NCBI GenBank assembly: GCA_963666985.2
Contig: CAXXIA010000001.1
Coordinates: 1,216,001-1,280,000, forward strand
Direction: 5' to 3'
DNA length: 64,000 nucleotides
Source of the DNA: Spirochaetia bacterium
Lineage (GTDB): Bacteria > Spirochaetota > Spirochaetia > DSM-2461
Below the pieces are notes generated by a model. That model ran no database searches. It was not told the DNA's origin and saw nothing but the letters and a program-made list of their open reading frames with translations. A program made the position numbers and the translations under genes. Of this stretch, positions 9,783 to 18,634 are shown one piece after another (position 1 is the first letter of the stretch; each line of letters opens with the position of its first letter).

Positions 9783-10553
9783 TCACCAATGAACGGCCTT
9801 GCGGATTCGCGCCAGACTGGAAGCGAAAATCCCTTTGTGAGCCGTATCGGTCTGAAGCGACCGTTCCCGAGTCGGAATGAATCGGGCCCGGGAATTAAAC
9901 AGGAACAGCATGTAAGCCAGCTCTCCGCTCTTATCCTCAATAGGATAACAAACGGAATCGGGGAAATCTCCGCCGGAAGATCTGGGCTGGCGTTCCTGCA
10001 TCAGTCCCGCGCGCAGCTCTCCGAAAGGAATGCCGGGAATCAAGGACTGAACGTTTACTCCGATCAGTTCGCTTCTTTCCTTATTCAGCACGTCATCCAG
10101 GTTATCGCCCGCATACTGTATTTTCCCGAGAACATCGCAAATGAGAATCGTCTTTTCCGAGTTGCGCACCAAGAACTCAACAAGATCGTGCATGGCGCTG
10201 ATTTTTCGGGTTTTCATGAGATTCTGGCGGCTGATCTGATTAAAAATCGTCGTTAGTCGATCACCGATAACGCCGAGATTCTGAAAATCCCGTCCCGGAA
10301 CGATATCCCGCCGAACACCTTGCGCGATCAGTCTGTCCAGACGGCGATCCAAAGAACGCGCCCGTAAAATAATAATCAGATAAGCGCAAAGATACGCGAC
10401 GAAAACGACCATGTTCCAAAAGAGAAAACTCTCGCCGTCGACCCGATCTCCCGCTTGAATCAGAAAAACGTAGCCGGCCACTCCGAAACCGAGAAGAGCG
10501 GCGGCGCCGACGAATCCCAGAAGAATCAGAACTCCTCGTCTGAGAACAATCAT
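9783..10553 (-). CDS. Hypothetical 2-TM protein with a cytoplasmic PAS-like region
   Basis: Two TMs, then ILICDVLGKIQY...SELIGVNVQSLIP (PAS-like). Start overlaps the trkA stop. Confidence 0.6.
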   Translation of the reverse strand: MIVLRRGVLILLGFVGAAALLGFGVAGYVFLIQAGDRVDGESFLFWNMVVFVAYLCAYLIIILRARSLDRRLDRLIAQGVRRDIVPGRDFQNLGVIGDRLTTIFNQISRQNLMKTRKISAMHDLVEFLVRNSEKTILICDVLGKIQYAGDNLDDVLNKERSELIGVNVQSLIPGIPFGELRAGLMQERQPRSSGGDFPDSVCYPIEDKSGELAYMLFLFNSRARFIPTRERSLQTDTAHKGIFASSLARIRKAVHW

Positions 10554-11254
10554 CAGCGAAGTTCCTTCATTGTATTTAATGGACCGTTTTCTCCAACCAC
10601 CAGAAGAACATCGGTCTCCTCCAGGACGTCATCGGGACTCGGAAACTGAATCCGATCTCCCCGTATGGTGTTTCCTTCTTCATCCACGGTCAATTCGACT
10701 TTTCGAATCGCCACTACCGAAACCGTCATGCGGTTCCTTAAATCAAGCTCGGCCAATGTTCTGCCGGAAAATCCTTTGGGCGTCGCGATTTCCGCCATGC
10801 TGATGTTTTCGGATATGGGAATATTGTCGAGCACATCGGGAGAAATCAGTTTCTGAGCCAATCGTGTTCCCTCGTTGATTTCCAAGTTGATCACCTCGTC
10901 GGCGCCGACCTGAAGAAGCACCCTCATATGGATATCGGTGATGGATCGCGCGATGATTCTCGGAACCCCGATTTTCCTCAGAATCGCCGTCGTCAGAATG
11001 CTCGCTTCGACATTGTCACCGATGGCGACGACGGCCGTGTCCACGTCTTCAAAAGGAACCTGCCCCATGGCTTCTTCGTCCGTGGAGTTTATAACAATGG
11101 ATTGGGAAACGCTTTCCTTGACCTTTTCAACCAGATGCTCCTGGTTGTCGATGGCAATAACCTGCCCGCCCTTCGAAGCCAGTTCTTCACAAAGCCGAAC
11201 GCCGAAAGCGCCCAGACCGATCACGGCATATGTCCGTTCGCGCGTTTTTGCCAT
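10553..11254 (-). CDS. trkA: TrkA/KtrA potassium uptake regulatory subunit
   Basis: AVIGLGAFG Rossmann RCK_N domain plus RCK_C (GRTLAELDLR). Confidence 0.93.
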   Translation of the reverse strand: MAKTRERTYAVIGLGAFGVRLCEELASKGGQVIAIDNQEHLVEKVKESVSQSIVINSTDEEAMGQVPFEDVDTAVVAIGDNVEASILTTAILRKIGVPRIIARSITDIHMRVLLQVGADEVINLEINEGTRLAQKLISPDVLDNIPISENISMAEIATPKGFSGRTLAELDLRNRMTVSVVAIRKVELTVDEEGNTIRGDRIQFPSPDDVLEETDVLLVVGENGPLNTMKELR

Positions 11255-11267
11255 AATGCCTCCTTTG

Positions 11268-12986
11268 TTATCCGACGGTTATGGACGCCCTCGGATAGCC
11301 GACGGTGTTCTTCGGCGCATCCGAGGAAGCGGCCGCGAGGACGGTTAAGGGTCCCAGACGGCCGATGAACATCAGAACGATAACGACGGATTTTCCGAAT
11401 CCGCCGAGAGAACCGGTAACACCCGTGGATAATCCCACGGTCGCGAACGCCGAAGCGCTCTCGAAAAGAAGATCCTTCATGGGGGCCGTTTCGGTCAAGG
11501 AGAGAAGAAAGGTTCCCCCGAAAACCGCCAGTATTCCGAAAAGCAGAATAAGGAAAGCCTGGTTTACGGTCCGCGGATCGACTGTTTTGGAATGAATCAG
11601 CACCCGCTCCTCATTTCTCCAGGAAGACCTGACCGACGCCAGCAGCACCGACACCGTATTGACTTTCACCCCTCCCGCGGTGCTTCCGGAGGCTCCGCCG
11701 ATGAACATAATGAAAATCATGCCGACAATCGTGCCCGTGGCCAGGGAATCGAAAGATACCGAATTAAATCCCGCGGTTCTCAGGGTGACCGATTGAAAGA
11801 ACGCCGCCAAGTACTGCTGGCCGAGATTTAAGCCGGAAAGAGCGCCTTGATGCTCCAAAGGATAAACCAGAATCATACCCGCGAGAATCAGGATTCCCGT
11901 GGCCGTCAGGACGGCCTTGGAGTTTTCCGTTAATCGGGATTTTCCCCGTATCGAATCACCGATGTTCGCGATAACGGCGAAGCTCAAACCTCCGCAGATA
12001 ATGAGGAGCGCGACGACAAGGAGTACCAGAGGATTATCCGTGAACGACATAAGGCTGTCGGAAAACAGAGCGAATCCGGCATTGCAGAAGGCCGATACCG
12101 CATGAAACACGCCGTAGAGCACCAAATCTCCCCAGTTGCTCAGCGAGGAACGGAATCCCAGAGCCAAAAGTATGGCACCGGCAAGCTCAACGGCCAAAGT
12201 AATCCCGATAATGGACCTGAGAACCCGTGAAAGACTGCTCATGTCGTCTTCGGAGAGCATATAGGAAACCAGCCGCTTCTGTTCCACCGAAACACGCCGT
12301 CTGAAAATGAAAAGCGTGAAATAACTTAAAACCATAATGCCAAGTCCGCCGATTTGAATCAGCGCCATAATGACGATCCGGCCCCAGGCACTGAAATAAA
12401 CGGCCGTATCGACGACGATGAGCCCGGTAACGCAGACCGCCGAAGTGGCGGTAAACAGAGCGTCGATAAAAGGAAGCCCCGGGCCGGAAACGGCGGTGAA
12501 CGGCATCATCAAGAGCCAGCTTCCCGCAAGAATGACCAAAAGGAAGCTTAATGCGATGGTCAGCGCCGGACGAATGCGCAGGCTTTCCACAACTGTGGCG
12601 ATCCGGCGGTAGCGGCTGAAGACTTTAAGAACAAGAAACAGGTTCCGAATGGCGACGATGGCCGATCCATCGGAAGTTTCAACGGAAAAAAGATTCGCTA
12701 CGGTCAGCGCCTTCGTATAAATGAAGAGCGCGATGAAAGCCAAAGAAAAGGAGAGTGAGCTCCAATTCCTCCTGAGATAGAATATTTTGTACGGTGCTCG
12801 GCGCAGCTCGACGATGATTTCCGCCAACAAAATGAAAAAAATGACGAAATCGATGAGATTCGTGAAGATAATCGCCGTAATTCCGGAAAAATCCGATTGC
12901 TCAACGAACAGGGAAACAACGCTGAGCAGAAGAGTCAGGAGAATCCAGGAGTTCCATTTGATTGATCGGCGTCCTTGACGTTTCAC
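11268..12986 (-). CDS. trkH: TrkH/KtrB potassium uptake membrane subunit with an extra N-terminal membrane domain
   Basis: Pore loops SAVCVTGL, SAFCNAGF, LRTAGF, SAFATVGLS. About 135 extra N-terminal residues. Confidence 0.92.
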   Translation of the reverse strand: MKRQGRRSIKWNSWILLTLLLSVVSLFVEQSDFSGITAIIFTNLIDFVIFFILLAEIIVELRRAPYKIFYLRRNWSSLSFSLAFIALFIYTKALTVANLFSVETSDGSAIVAIRNLFLVLKVFSRYRRIATVVESLRIRPALTIALSFLLVILAGSWLLMMPFTAVSGPGLPFIDALFTATSAVCVTGLIVVDTAVYFSAWGRIVIMALIQIGGLGIMVLSYFTLFIFRRRVSVEQKRLVSYMLSEDDMSSLSRVLRSIIGITLAVELAGAILLALGFRSSLSNWGDLVLYGVFHAVSAFCNAGFALFSDSLMSFTDNPLVLLVVALLIICGGLSFAVIANIGDSIRGKSRLTENSKAVLTATGILILAGMILVYPLEHQGALSGLNLGQQYLAAFFQSVTLRTAGFNSVSFDSLATGTIVGMIFIMFIGGASGSTAGGVKVNTVSVLLASVRSSWRNEERVLIHSKTVDPRTVNQAFLILLFGILAVFGGTFLLSLTETAPMKDLLFESASAFATVGLSTGVTGSLGGFGKSVVIVLMFIGRLGPLTVLAAASSDAPKNTVGYPRASITVG

Positions 12987-13234
12987 AGAAAAAAACCTCT
13001 CCGAGTTCCGCGGATCGGGTATCCGATTCCCAAAGGCATCGATTTGGGGCCGAATCCGCGGTCCGCCGCATTCAAACGAACATTCATCATCAAATTATAG
13101 CGGTTCAACCGTCTTTATTTGAATTCCTTAAAAAACATACTCTTTCTCACGTTCCTCACCGTTTGCATCATACACTGTGCAAAAGCGAACCGCGCGCAGC
13201 ATAATGAAAGTATTCGAGTAAGAGGAGTTTTTTC

Positions 13235-13522
13235 ATGACGATCGATTGGAAGACAATGAAGGGCGATATTTCACGGGGAATCAAGGAAGGGGCCGAATCG
13301 GTCGCGAAAAAGGCCGGAGAAGTGTCGGCCGAGGGGCAGAAGAAAGTCAAAATATTCAACCTGAAGCGAAAGATTCAAGACTTCATGGAAGACCTGGGCG
13401 CCGCCATATATGAAGCGGAGAAGAAAAATCCGGGAACCATATCCGATGAAGCGGCCAAAGACATTCTCAAATCGATTGAAGAGGCCCATGCCGAAATTAA
13501 AAAACTGGAAGAAGAGGAATAA
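13235..13522 (+). CDS. Small coiled-coil hypothetical protein
   Basis: Strong SD (AAGAGGAG) upstream; helical, charged 95 aa. Confidence 0.7.
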   Translation: MTIDWKTMKGDISRGIKEGAESVAKKAGEVSAEGQKKVKIFNLKRKIQDFMEDLGAAIYEAEKKNPGTISDEAAKDILKSIEEAHAEIKKLEEEE

Positions 13523-13724
13523 CTCATTTATCCTAACGGTGTAAGAACCGATCAAATACGCTTCGGAGCCGATTCACCGCCGGCCGCAGACGGCATTGCC
13601 TTCATGAAAAGCTCCGGGTACCGCACCTTCGAAAAAATGTAACTATTTCTTCATAATATGATTGTGATATTCAATACGGGTTTGAAATGCCGTACGGGCA
13701 AAAAAACCTGAAAAGGAGTTAAAA

Positions 13725-14888
13725 ATGATCCATCGTCGGATAGGCTATCTGCTTTTCTTGTCGCTGTTAATCGCATCCTGCCGCACCGCTCCCCCGCAAG
13801 TCGTTGAGGGAAGTCTGTTCTCTCTCCTGCCGGAGGATTTTCCGGTCATCCGGGCCGCAAGAGGCGGCTTCTCGCCGAACGGCGACGGACTCTATGACGT
13901 GATGTCCCTGTATCCGGAAGTCGGACGCCAGGAGGAACTCTCCTCATGGCGCGTGGATATCACGAATTCCGACGGGAAAGTCGTCCGCAGTTTCAGCGGA
14001 ACGGCGCCTGTTCCCGACGAAATCATCTGGGACGGCGGCAATGATTCTCTCAAAACCGCCGATGAGGGGCTTTATCATGCCGTATTCCATACGGTGTTCA
14101 ACGGCGGCGAGGCCGAATACGAAGCCGAGACGGCTCCTTTCTCCCTCGTTCTTGAAGGTCCGGAAGTGACGTTAACCGTCGGCGGCGAAGCCTTCTCCCC
14201 GAATGGCGACGGTGTTGACGATATCTACAACCTCGGGATTCATATTGCCGAACCCGAGAAGGTGGATTTCTGGGAAATCTTTATTCGGGATCCGATGGGA
14301 ACACCGTTCTATCTGGAGAAAAAACTCGGAACGCCTCCCGAGAACTGGAGCTGGGACGGTACCGATTCAAACGGGAATACGGTTCTTTCCGGTGCGGATT
14401 ACCCGATCAGTCTTACCGTTACCGATTTATGGGGCAACGAAACAACGATGGACTGGCAGATTCATGTCGACGTTATGCTGATTCCCGACGGCGATCGGTA
14501 CGTCATCAGCCTCTCCAGAATCTACTTTCAGCCGTACACGGCGAATTTCACGGATGTTCCCGAAACGGAACGGATGTCCAACCAAAATACCCTGGACCAA
14601 GTCGCACAGATCCTCAACCGCTATAAGGATTACGATGTCGCTCTTGTCGGGCATGCGGTTCATGTCTACTGGTTCCGTCCCGACCTGATGCAGAGGGAAC
14701 AAGAAAAGATTCTTCTACCTCTCTCTTTAGCCAGAGCCGAGGCGATTCGCAACGCTCTTGTGCAGAGGGGCATCGATCCCAAACGCATGACGGTGGAAGG
14801 CCGAGGCGGCGCGGAACCGATCGTCCCGCATTCCGATTTGAGGAACCGCTGGATGAATCGCCGCGTGGTATTCTATCTTTCGCGTTAA
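13725..14888 (+). CDS. OmpA-family lipoprotein with two FlgD-Ig-like repeats
   Basis: Lipobox LIASC, two FSPNGDG...WDG repeats, OmpA C-terminal motifs (LSLARA, NRRV). Confidence 0.85.
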   Translation: MIHRRIGYLLFLSLLIASCRTAPPQVVEGSLFSLLPEDFPVIRAARGGFSPNGDGLYDVMSLYPEVGRQEELSSWRVDITNSDGKVVRSFSGTAPVPDEIIWDGGNDSLKTADEGLYHAVFHTVFNGGEAEYEAETAPFSLVLEGPEVTLTVGGEAFSPNGDGVDDIYNLGIHIAEPEKVDFWEIFIRDPMGTPFYLEKKLGTPPENWSWDGTDSNGNTVLSGADYPISLTVTDLWGNETTMDWQIHVDVMLIPDGDRYVISLSRIYFQPYTANFTDVPETERMSNQNTLDQVAQILNRYKDYDVALVGHAVHVYWFRPDLMQREQEKILLPLSLARAEAIRNALVQRGIDPKRMTVEGRGGAEPIVPHSDLRNRWMNRRVVFYLSR

Positions 14889-14937
14889 TCCGCCGATGCG
14901 GCCTGATCTTTATTATCCATCGCGGAGGTGATTCTGC

Positions 14938-15852
14938 ATGACCATTTTCGAAGCCATAGCCCAAGGTTTCCGGAAAACACCGGAGCAAACGGTAAACGCC
15001 CTTCTGATCTCCGCGGGAATTCTCATCATCATTCCGCTGGCGTCTCTTTTGTATAAAGCCGTTATGAAAAAAAGAACGGCCGGAGAATGGGAAAACGATT
15101 TTCAAGCCTTCATCAGAGAGAAAGATTTAACCGTTAACGAACTCGATCTTCTCGACGATTTGTTTCCGTTCCTGAAAGATCCCCGGCGCAAGATTCTGAT
15201 GCTTCACAATCGGAACACCTTTCTTCTCGCGCTCGGCCGTCTCGAAGAGAAAACGGGTCATCCGCAGGAATTCGGAGAGAACCTTGAAAAAAAACTCTTC
15301 GGAGAAGAAAAATCGATTCTTCCGGAAGACTTGAAAAATCCGCTCGGTCCCGGCCGTCCGGCGCGTTATATCGCTTCCGACGGGAAAGTCTTTACCGGCC
15401 GAATAACCTCCGGGAAAGGCAATGTCGTCGGCCTCGGCTTCCTGGAAACCATGAAAGCACGGACGGAACCCGGAAAAGAACGTCTGCTGGTGCAGGACTT
15501 CCGCGGGATTCTCATCTATCCGGTTTCTTCGGTGTCCCGTACCGGAGAGGATTCCCTGCGCCTTGAAGTCTCTCCTCGGGCCGTTAAACAAAAGGACCGC
15601 ATCGCCCCCTCATCGATTGACCTCTATCCGCCGGGAACAAGCCGCCCTATCGAAACACGTCTTCTGCAGCTTAACAACGGAATCGGCGCGATTGAAAATC
15701 CCGATGGCATCCTAAAAACAGGGCAAACCGTCAAACTTTCTTTCAGAACCGAATTCGACAAGCATTACCGCATCAATGCCGTCGTTACCGGGCTTTCCGG
15801 CCGGAAGCGAATCGCCCGGCTGAAATTCGGCTACCTGAAGCCGATTCCATAA
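14938..15852 (+). CDS. Hypothetical membrane-anchored protein
   Basis: SD GGAGGTG, one N-terminal TM, beta-rich C-terminus (possibly a degenerate PilZ-like fold). Confidence 0.6.
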   Translation: MTIFEAIAQGFRKTPEQTVNALLISAGILIIIPLASLLYKAVMKKRTAGEWENDFQAFIREKDLTVNELDLLDDLFPFLKDPRRKILMLHNRNTFLLALGRLEEKTGHPQEFGENLEKKLFGEEKSILPEDLKNPLGPGRPARYIASDGKVFTGRITSGKGNVVGLGFLETMKARTEPGKERLLVQDFRGILIYPVSSVSRTGEDSLRLEVSPRAVKQKDRIAPSSIDLYPPGTSRPIETRLLQLNNGIGAIENPDGILKTGQTVKLSFRTEFDKHYRINAVVTGLSGRKRIARLKFGYLKPIP

Positions 15853-16001
15853 AAAGTCTCCTCATATCCCGCAAACTCATTACGCCGTCTTCAATCGAAC
15901 GGACATGGGAGTAATCGTCAAAACGGATCTCTCATCCGACGGTCGGCGCATAGCCGAAGAATGAGTTATTATTGGTATCAATCGCTTTTTTAGGAAACGG
16001 A

Positions 16002-17258
16002 ATGACAAACGGAGATTTTTATATTCAACTCGGCATTTTGGCATTTCTTTTGTTCCTGTCGGCTTTTTTTTCAGGATCCGAAACGGCTTTATTTTCACTT
16101 AACAGCCTGGAAAAGGATGCCTTAAGGCGTCGAAGCACAGGAAAAAACGCGGAATTTACGGCCCGTTTCTTTTCTCACCCCGATGATATTCTGGTAACCA
16201 TTCTCACCGGAAATATGTTCGTCAACATCTTTTCATCGGCAATCGCCGAAGCCATCGGCGCGCGAATATTCAAAGAAGCCGCCGAACTCCTTTCCATCGC
16301 CGCGATGACGGTGCTGCTGCTGATTATCGGGGAAATGACTCCCAAGAATCTGGCGATCCGGCACGCGCTTAAATTTTCAACCAAGTCGACATTTCCGTTA
16401 AAAGTCATTCATACGTTACTTCGCCCGATTACACTCCCCTTGAGTCGCATCCGCCGATCCGTTCTTTCTTATTTCCCGAAACAGCACGGTCATGCCGGAA
16501 CAGATCAGGCCGGAGCGATTCTTTCGGCAATCCGCATAGGATACGACAGACAAACGATCGAAGAATCGGAGCTTCAGCTTCTTGAGCGTTTCTTCCGATT
16601 CAGACGTAAAACCGCCGCGGACATTATGATTCCTCGGGTGAATCTTCACCCCGTGGACGGGAATCTCACAATCGACGAATTGATCCGGCTTATTGCCTCC
16701 GGCTCTCTCGAATCCGAAAAAAGCCTTATTCCCATATACCGGGGCAATGTTGATCATATCACCGGATACATTCGAAAAATCGATCTCGCGGCGCAGAGAT
16801 TCGTTCGGGATTCGCGGCGTTTGAGCGCGATTGCCCGGCCGATCCACGCCGTACCGGAAAGCAAAGGATTACGGGAACTTCTGAATGAAATGGGCAAAAT
16901 AGGAACGGAAATGGCCGTTGTGATAGACCAGTACGGAGGTACCGGCGGTCTGGTAAGCTTTCCCGGATTGGTTTCCTACCTTTTCGAGGATTTTCTCCCG
17001 CAGCATGAGCGCTCAATTGAGAAAACCGGCGTAAACTCCTTTCGAATCGCGGGTCATGCCGATATCAGCGAAGTCGCCGCGGCCATGGAGATTGAATTGA
17101 CGAGTACCCAGCGGACAATCGCCGGAATGCTGATCAGTGAATTCGGCGGATTCCCGGAAATCGGACAAGAAGTGGTTATTTCCGGATACAGTTTCCGCAT
17201 TTCGGGATTGGACGATCATAAAATATCATGGATCGATGTCCGGGAGATTAAGTCATGA
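16002..17258 (+). CDS. CNNM/CorB (hemolysin-family) protein: DUF21 + CBS pair + CorC
   Basis: LSAFFSGSETALFSL, GEMTPK, IMIPR, VVIDQYGGTGG. Start moved to ATG 16002. Confidence 0.9.
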   Translation: MTNGDFYIQLGILAFLLFLSAFFSGSETALFSLNSLEKDALRRRSTGKNAEFTARFFSHPDDILVTILTGNMFVNIFSSAIAEAIGARIFKEAAELLSIAAMTVLLLIIGEMTPKNLAIRHALKFSTKSTFPLKVIHTLLRPITLPLSRIRRSVLSYFPKQHGHAGTDQAGAILSAIRIGYDRQTIEESELQLLERFFRFRRKTAADIMIPRVNLHPVDGNLTIDELIRLIASGSLESEKSLIPIYRGNVDHITGYIRKIDLAAQRFVRDSRRLSAIARPIHAVPESKGLRELLNEMGKIGTEMAVVIDQYGGTGGLVSFPGLVSYLFEDFLPQHERSIEKTGVNSFRIAGHADISEVAAAMEIELTSTQRTIAGMLISEFGGFPEIGQEVVISGYSFRISGLDDHKISWIDVREIKS

Positions 17259-18505
17259 CCGCTTTGATCGTCATTATATGCATATTCTCGGGCGGGATTT
17301 TCGCGGGCCTGGAAACCGGTTTAATCTCGGCCAATCAGTTCCTTTTGAATTCGGCACGAGAAAAAAATTCCCTTTCGGCACGGGCGACCGGCTTCCTTCT
17401 GAAAAGCCCCGAACGTCTTTTGTCGACAACCCTTATCGGAACAAATTTATCCTTCGTAACCGCCACGATTCTCTTAAGCCGGTACTTGAGGGCGACGGGT
17501 CTTATTTGGGCGCCCTGGGCGGGAAGTATTCTGCTCACCTTCATTATGCTGATTTTCGCGGAAATCATTCCGAAGTCCTTCTTCCGCCAGAACGCCGACA
17601 CCATTGCCGTCCGCCTGGCGCCCTTGCTCCTTCTGTTCTACTTCATCTTCTTTCCCGTGGCGTTGATTCTCAATCTGATTGTAAAAATGCTCCTTTTTCT
17701 CACGGGGCAATATCGTCCGTCCACGACGGTCATGGATTCCAAGCATTCGCTGAGAACCCTGGTTCGGCTCGGAAGCCGCGAAGCGGGAATCCCGCTGGAA
17801 GATCAAAGGATTGTGGATGATATTTTCGATTTTCAGGACACCATGGCCCGAGAAGTCATGATTCATATCCACAGGACTCTGGCCTGCCCGAAATCCATGC
17901 CGATAGAAGAAATCGTTCAGCAGGCCTATTTCGCCGAAGTGCGGTTCGTTCCCATCTACACACAAAGGCTGGATAATCTGGTGGGATATATCGATCTTGA
18001 AGATCTTGTTACATCAGAGTCTCTGGAAATTGATGAACTTCTTCATGAACCGGTTTTCTTCCCGGACATGAAGCGGATACCGGATCTTTATCGGGAAATG
18101 AAGGACAGAAAACTGAAGCTGGTCTTTCTGTCCAACGAATACGGCCGGATTACAGGCATCGTCACCCCCGCGGAAATCGTCGCGGAAATCGTCAGAATCC
18201 GTCCGGGGTATCCTGATGAACGGTACCAGGAGATTGAACATCTCGGAGAAGGCCGCTTCGCCGTGGTCGGCGTTGCCGATGTGGAAAACTTTCGAAACGA
18301 AACGGGGATTCCTCTTCCGGTAGGAGCGTATGATACGGTCGGGGGCTTCCTTCTTTCACGGTTCGGATGCATCCCCGAAATCGGTGAATCAATAAAGGCC
18401 TACGGCGCCGTTTTTTCCGTATCGAAGCGCGATGACGTTCATATCAAGAGAATCTCCGTTCAGCGCATCTCCTCATCCGCAGCACACTCCGATACGCCTT
18501 CTTAA
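17255..18505 (+). CDS. CNNM/CorB (hemolysin-family) protein, second paralogue
   Basis: FAGLETG, AEIIPKS, AREVM, EYGRITG, YDTVGGF. 4-bp overlap with the previous gene. Confidence 0.9.
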   Translation: MTALIVIICIFSGGIFAGLETGLISANQFLLNSAREKNSLSARATGFLLKSPERLLSTTLIGTNLSFVTATILLSRYLRATGLIWAPWAGSILLTFIMLIFAEIIPKSFFRQNADTIAVRLAPLLLLFYFIFFPVALILNLIVKMLLFLTGQYRPSTTVMDSKHSLRTLVRLGSREAGIPLEDQRIVDDIFDFQDTMAREVMIHIHRTLACPKSMPIEEIVQQAYFAEVRFVPIYTQRLDNLVGYIDLEDLVTSESLEIDELLHEPVFFPDMKRIPDLYREMKDRKLKLVFLSNEYGRITGIVTPAEIVAEIVRIRPGYPDERYQEIEHLGEGRFAVVGVADVENFRNETGIPLPVGAYDTVGGFLLSRFGCIPEIGESIKAYGAVFSVSKRDDVHIKRISVQRISSSAAHSDTPS

Positions 18506-18634
18506 TCATCCGCCAGAAACAACGCTCTCAAGAGAAGTATAAGCCTTCGAGGGAACCGCTGGGAACGTCAACGCGACAATGGACTCTTTCTTGAATCAAT
18601 TCGAGAATTTACCTGGTCGTCGGCCTTCCCGAAC

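Noticed and set aside
16002..18505. Tandem 'hemolysins' as toxins
   Set aside because: These are CNNM/CorB Mg2+ transport-family proteins; tandem pairs are common.
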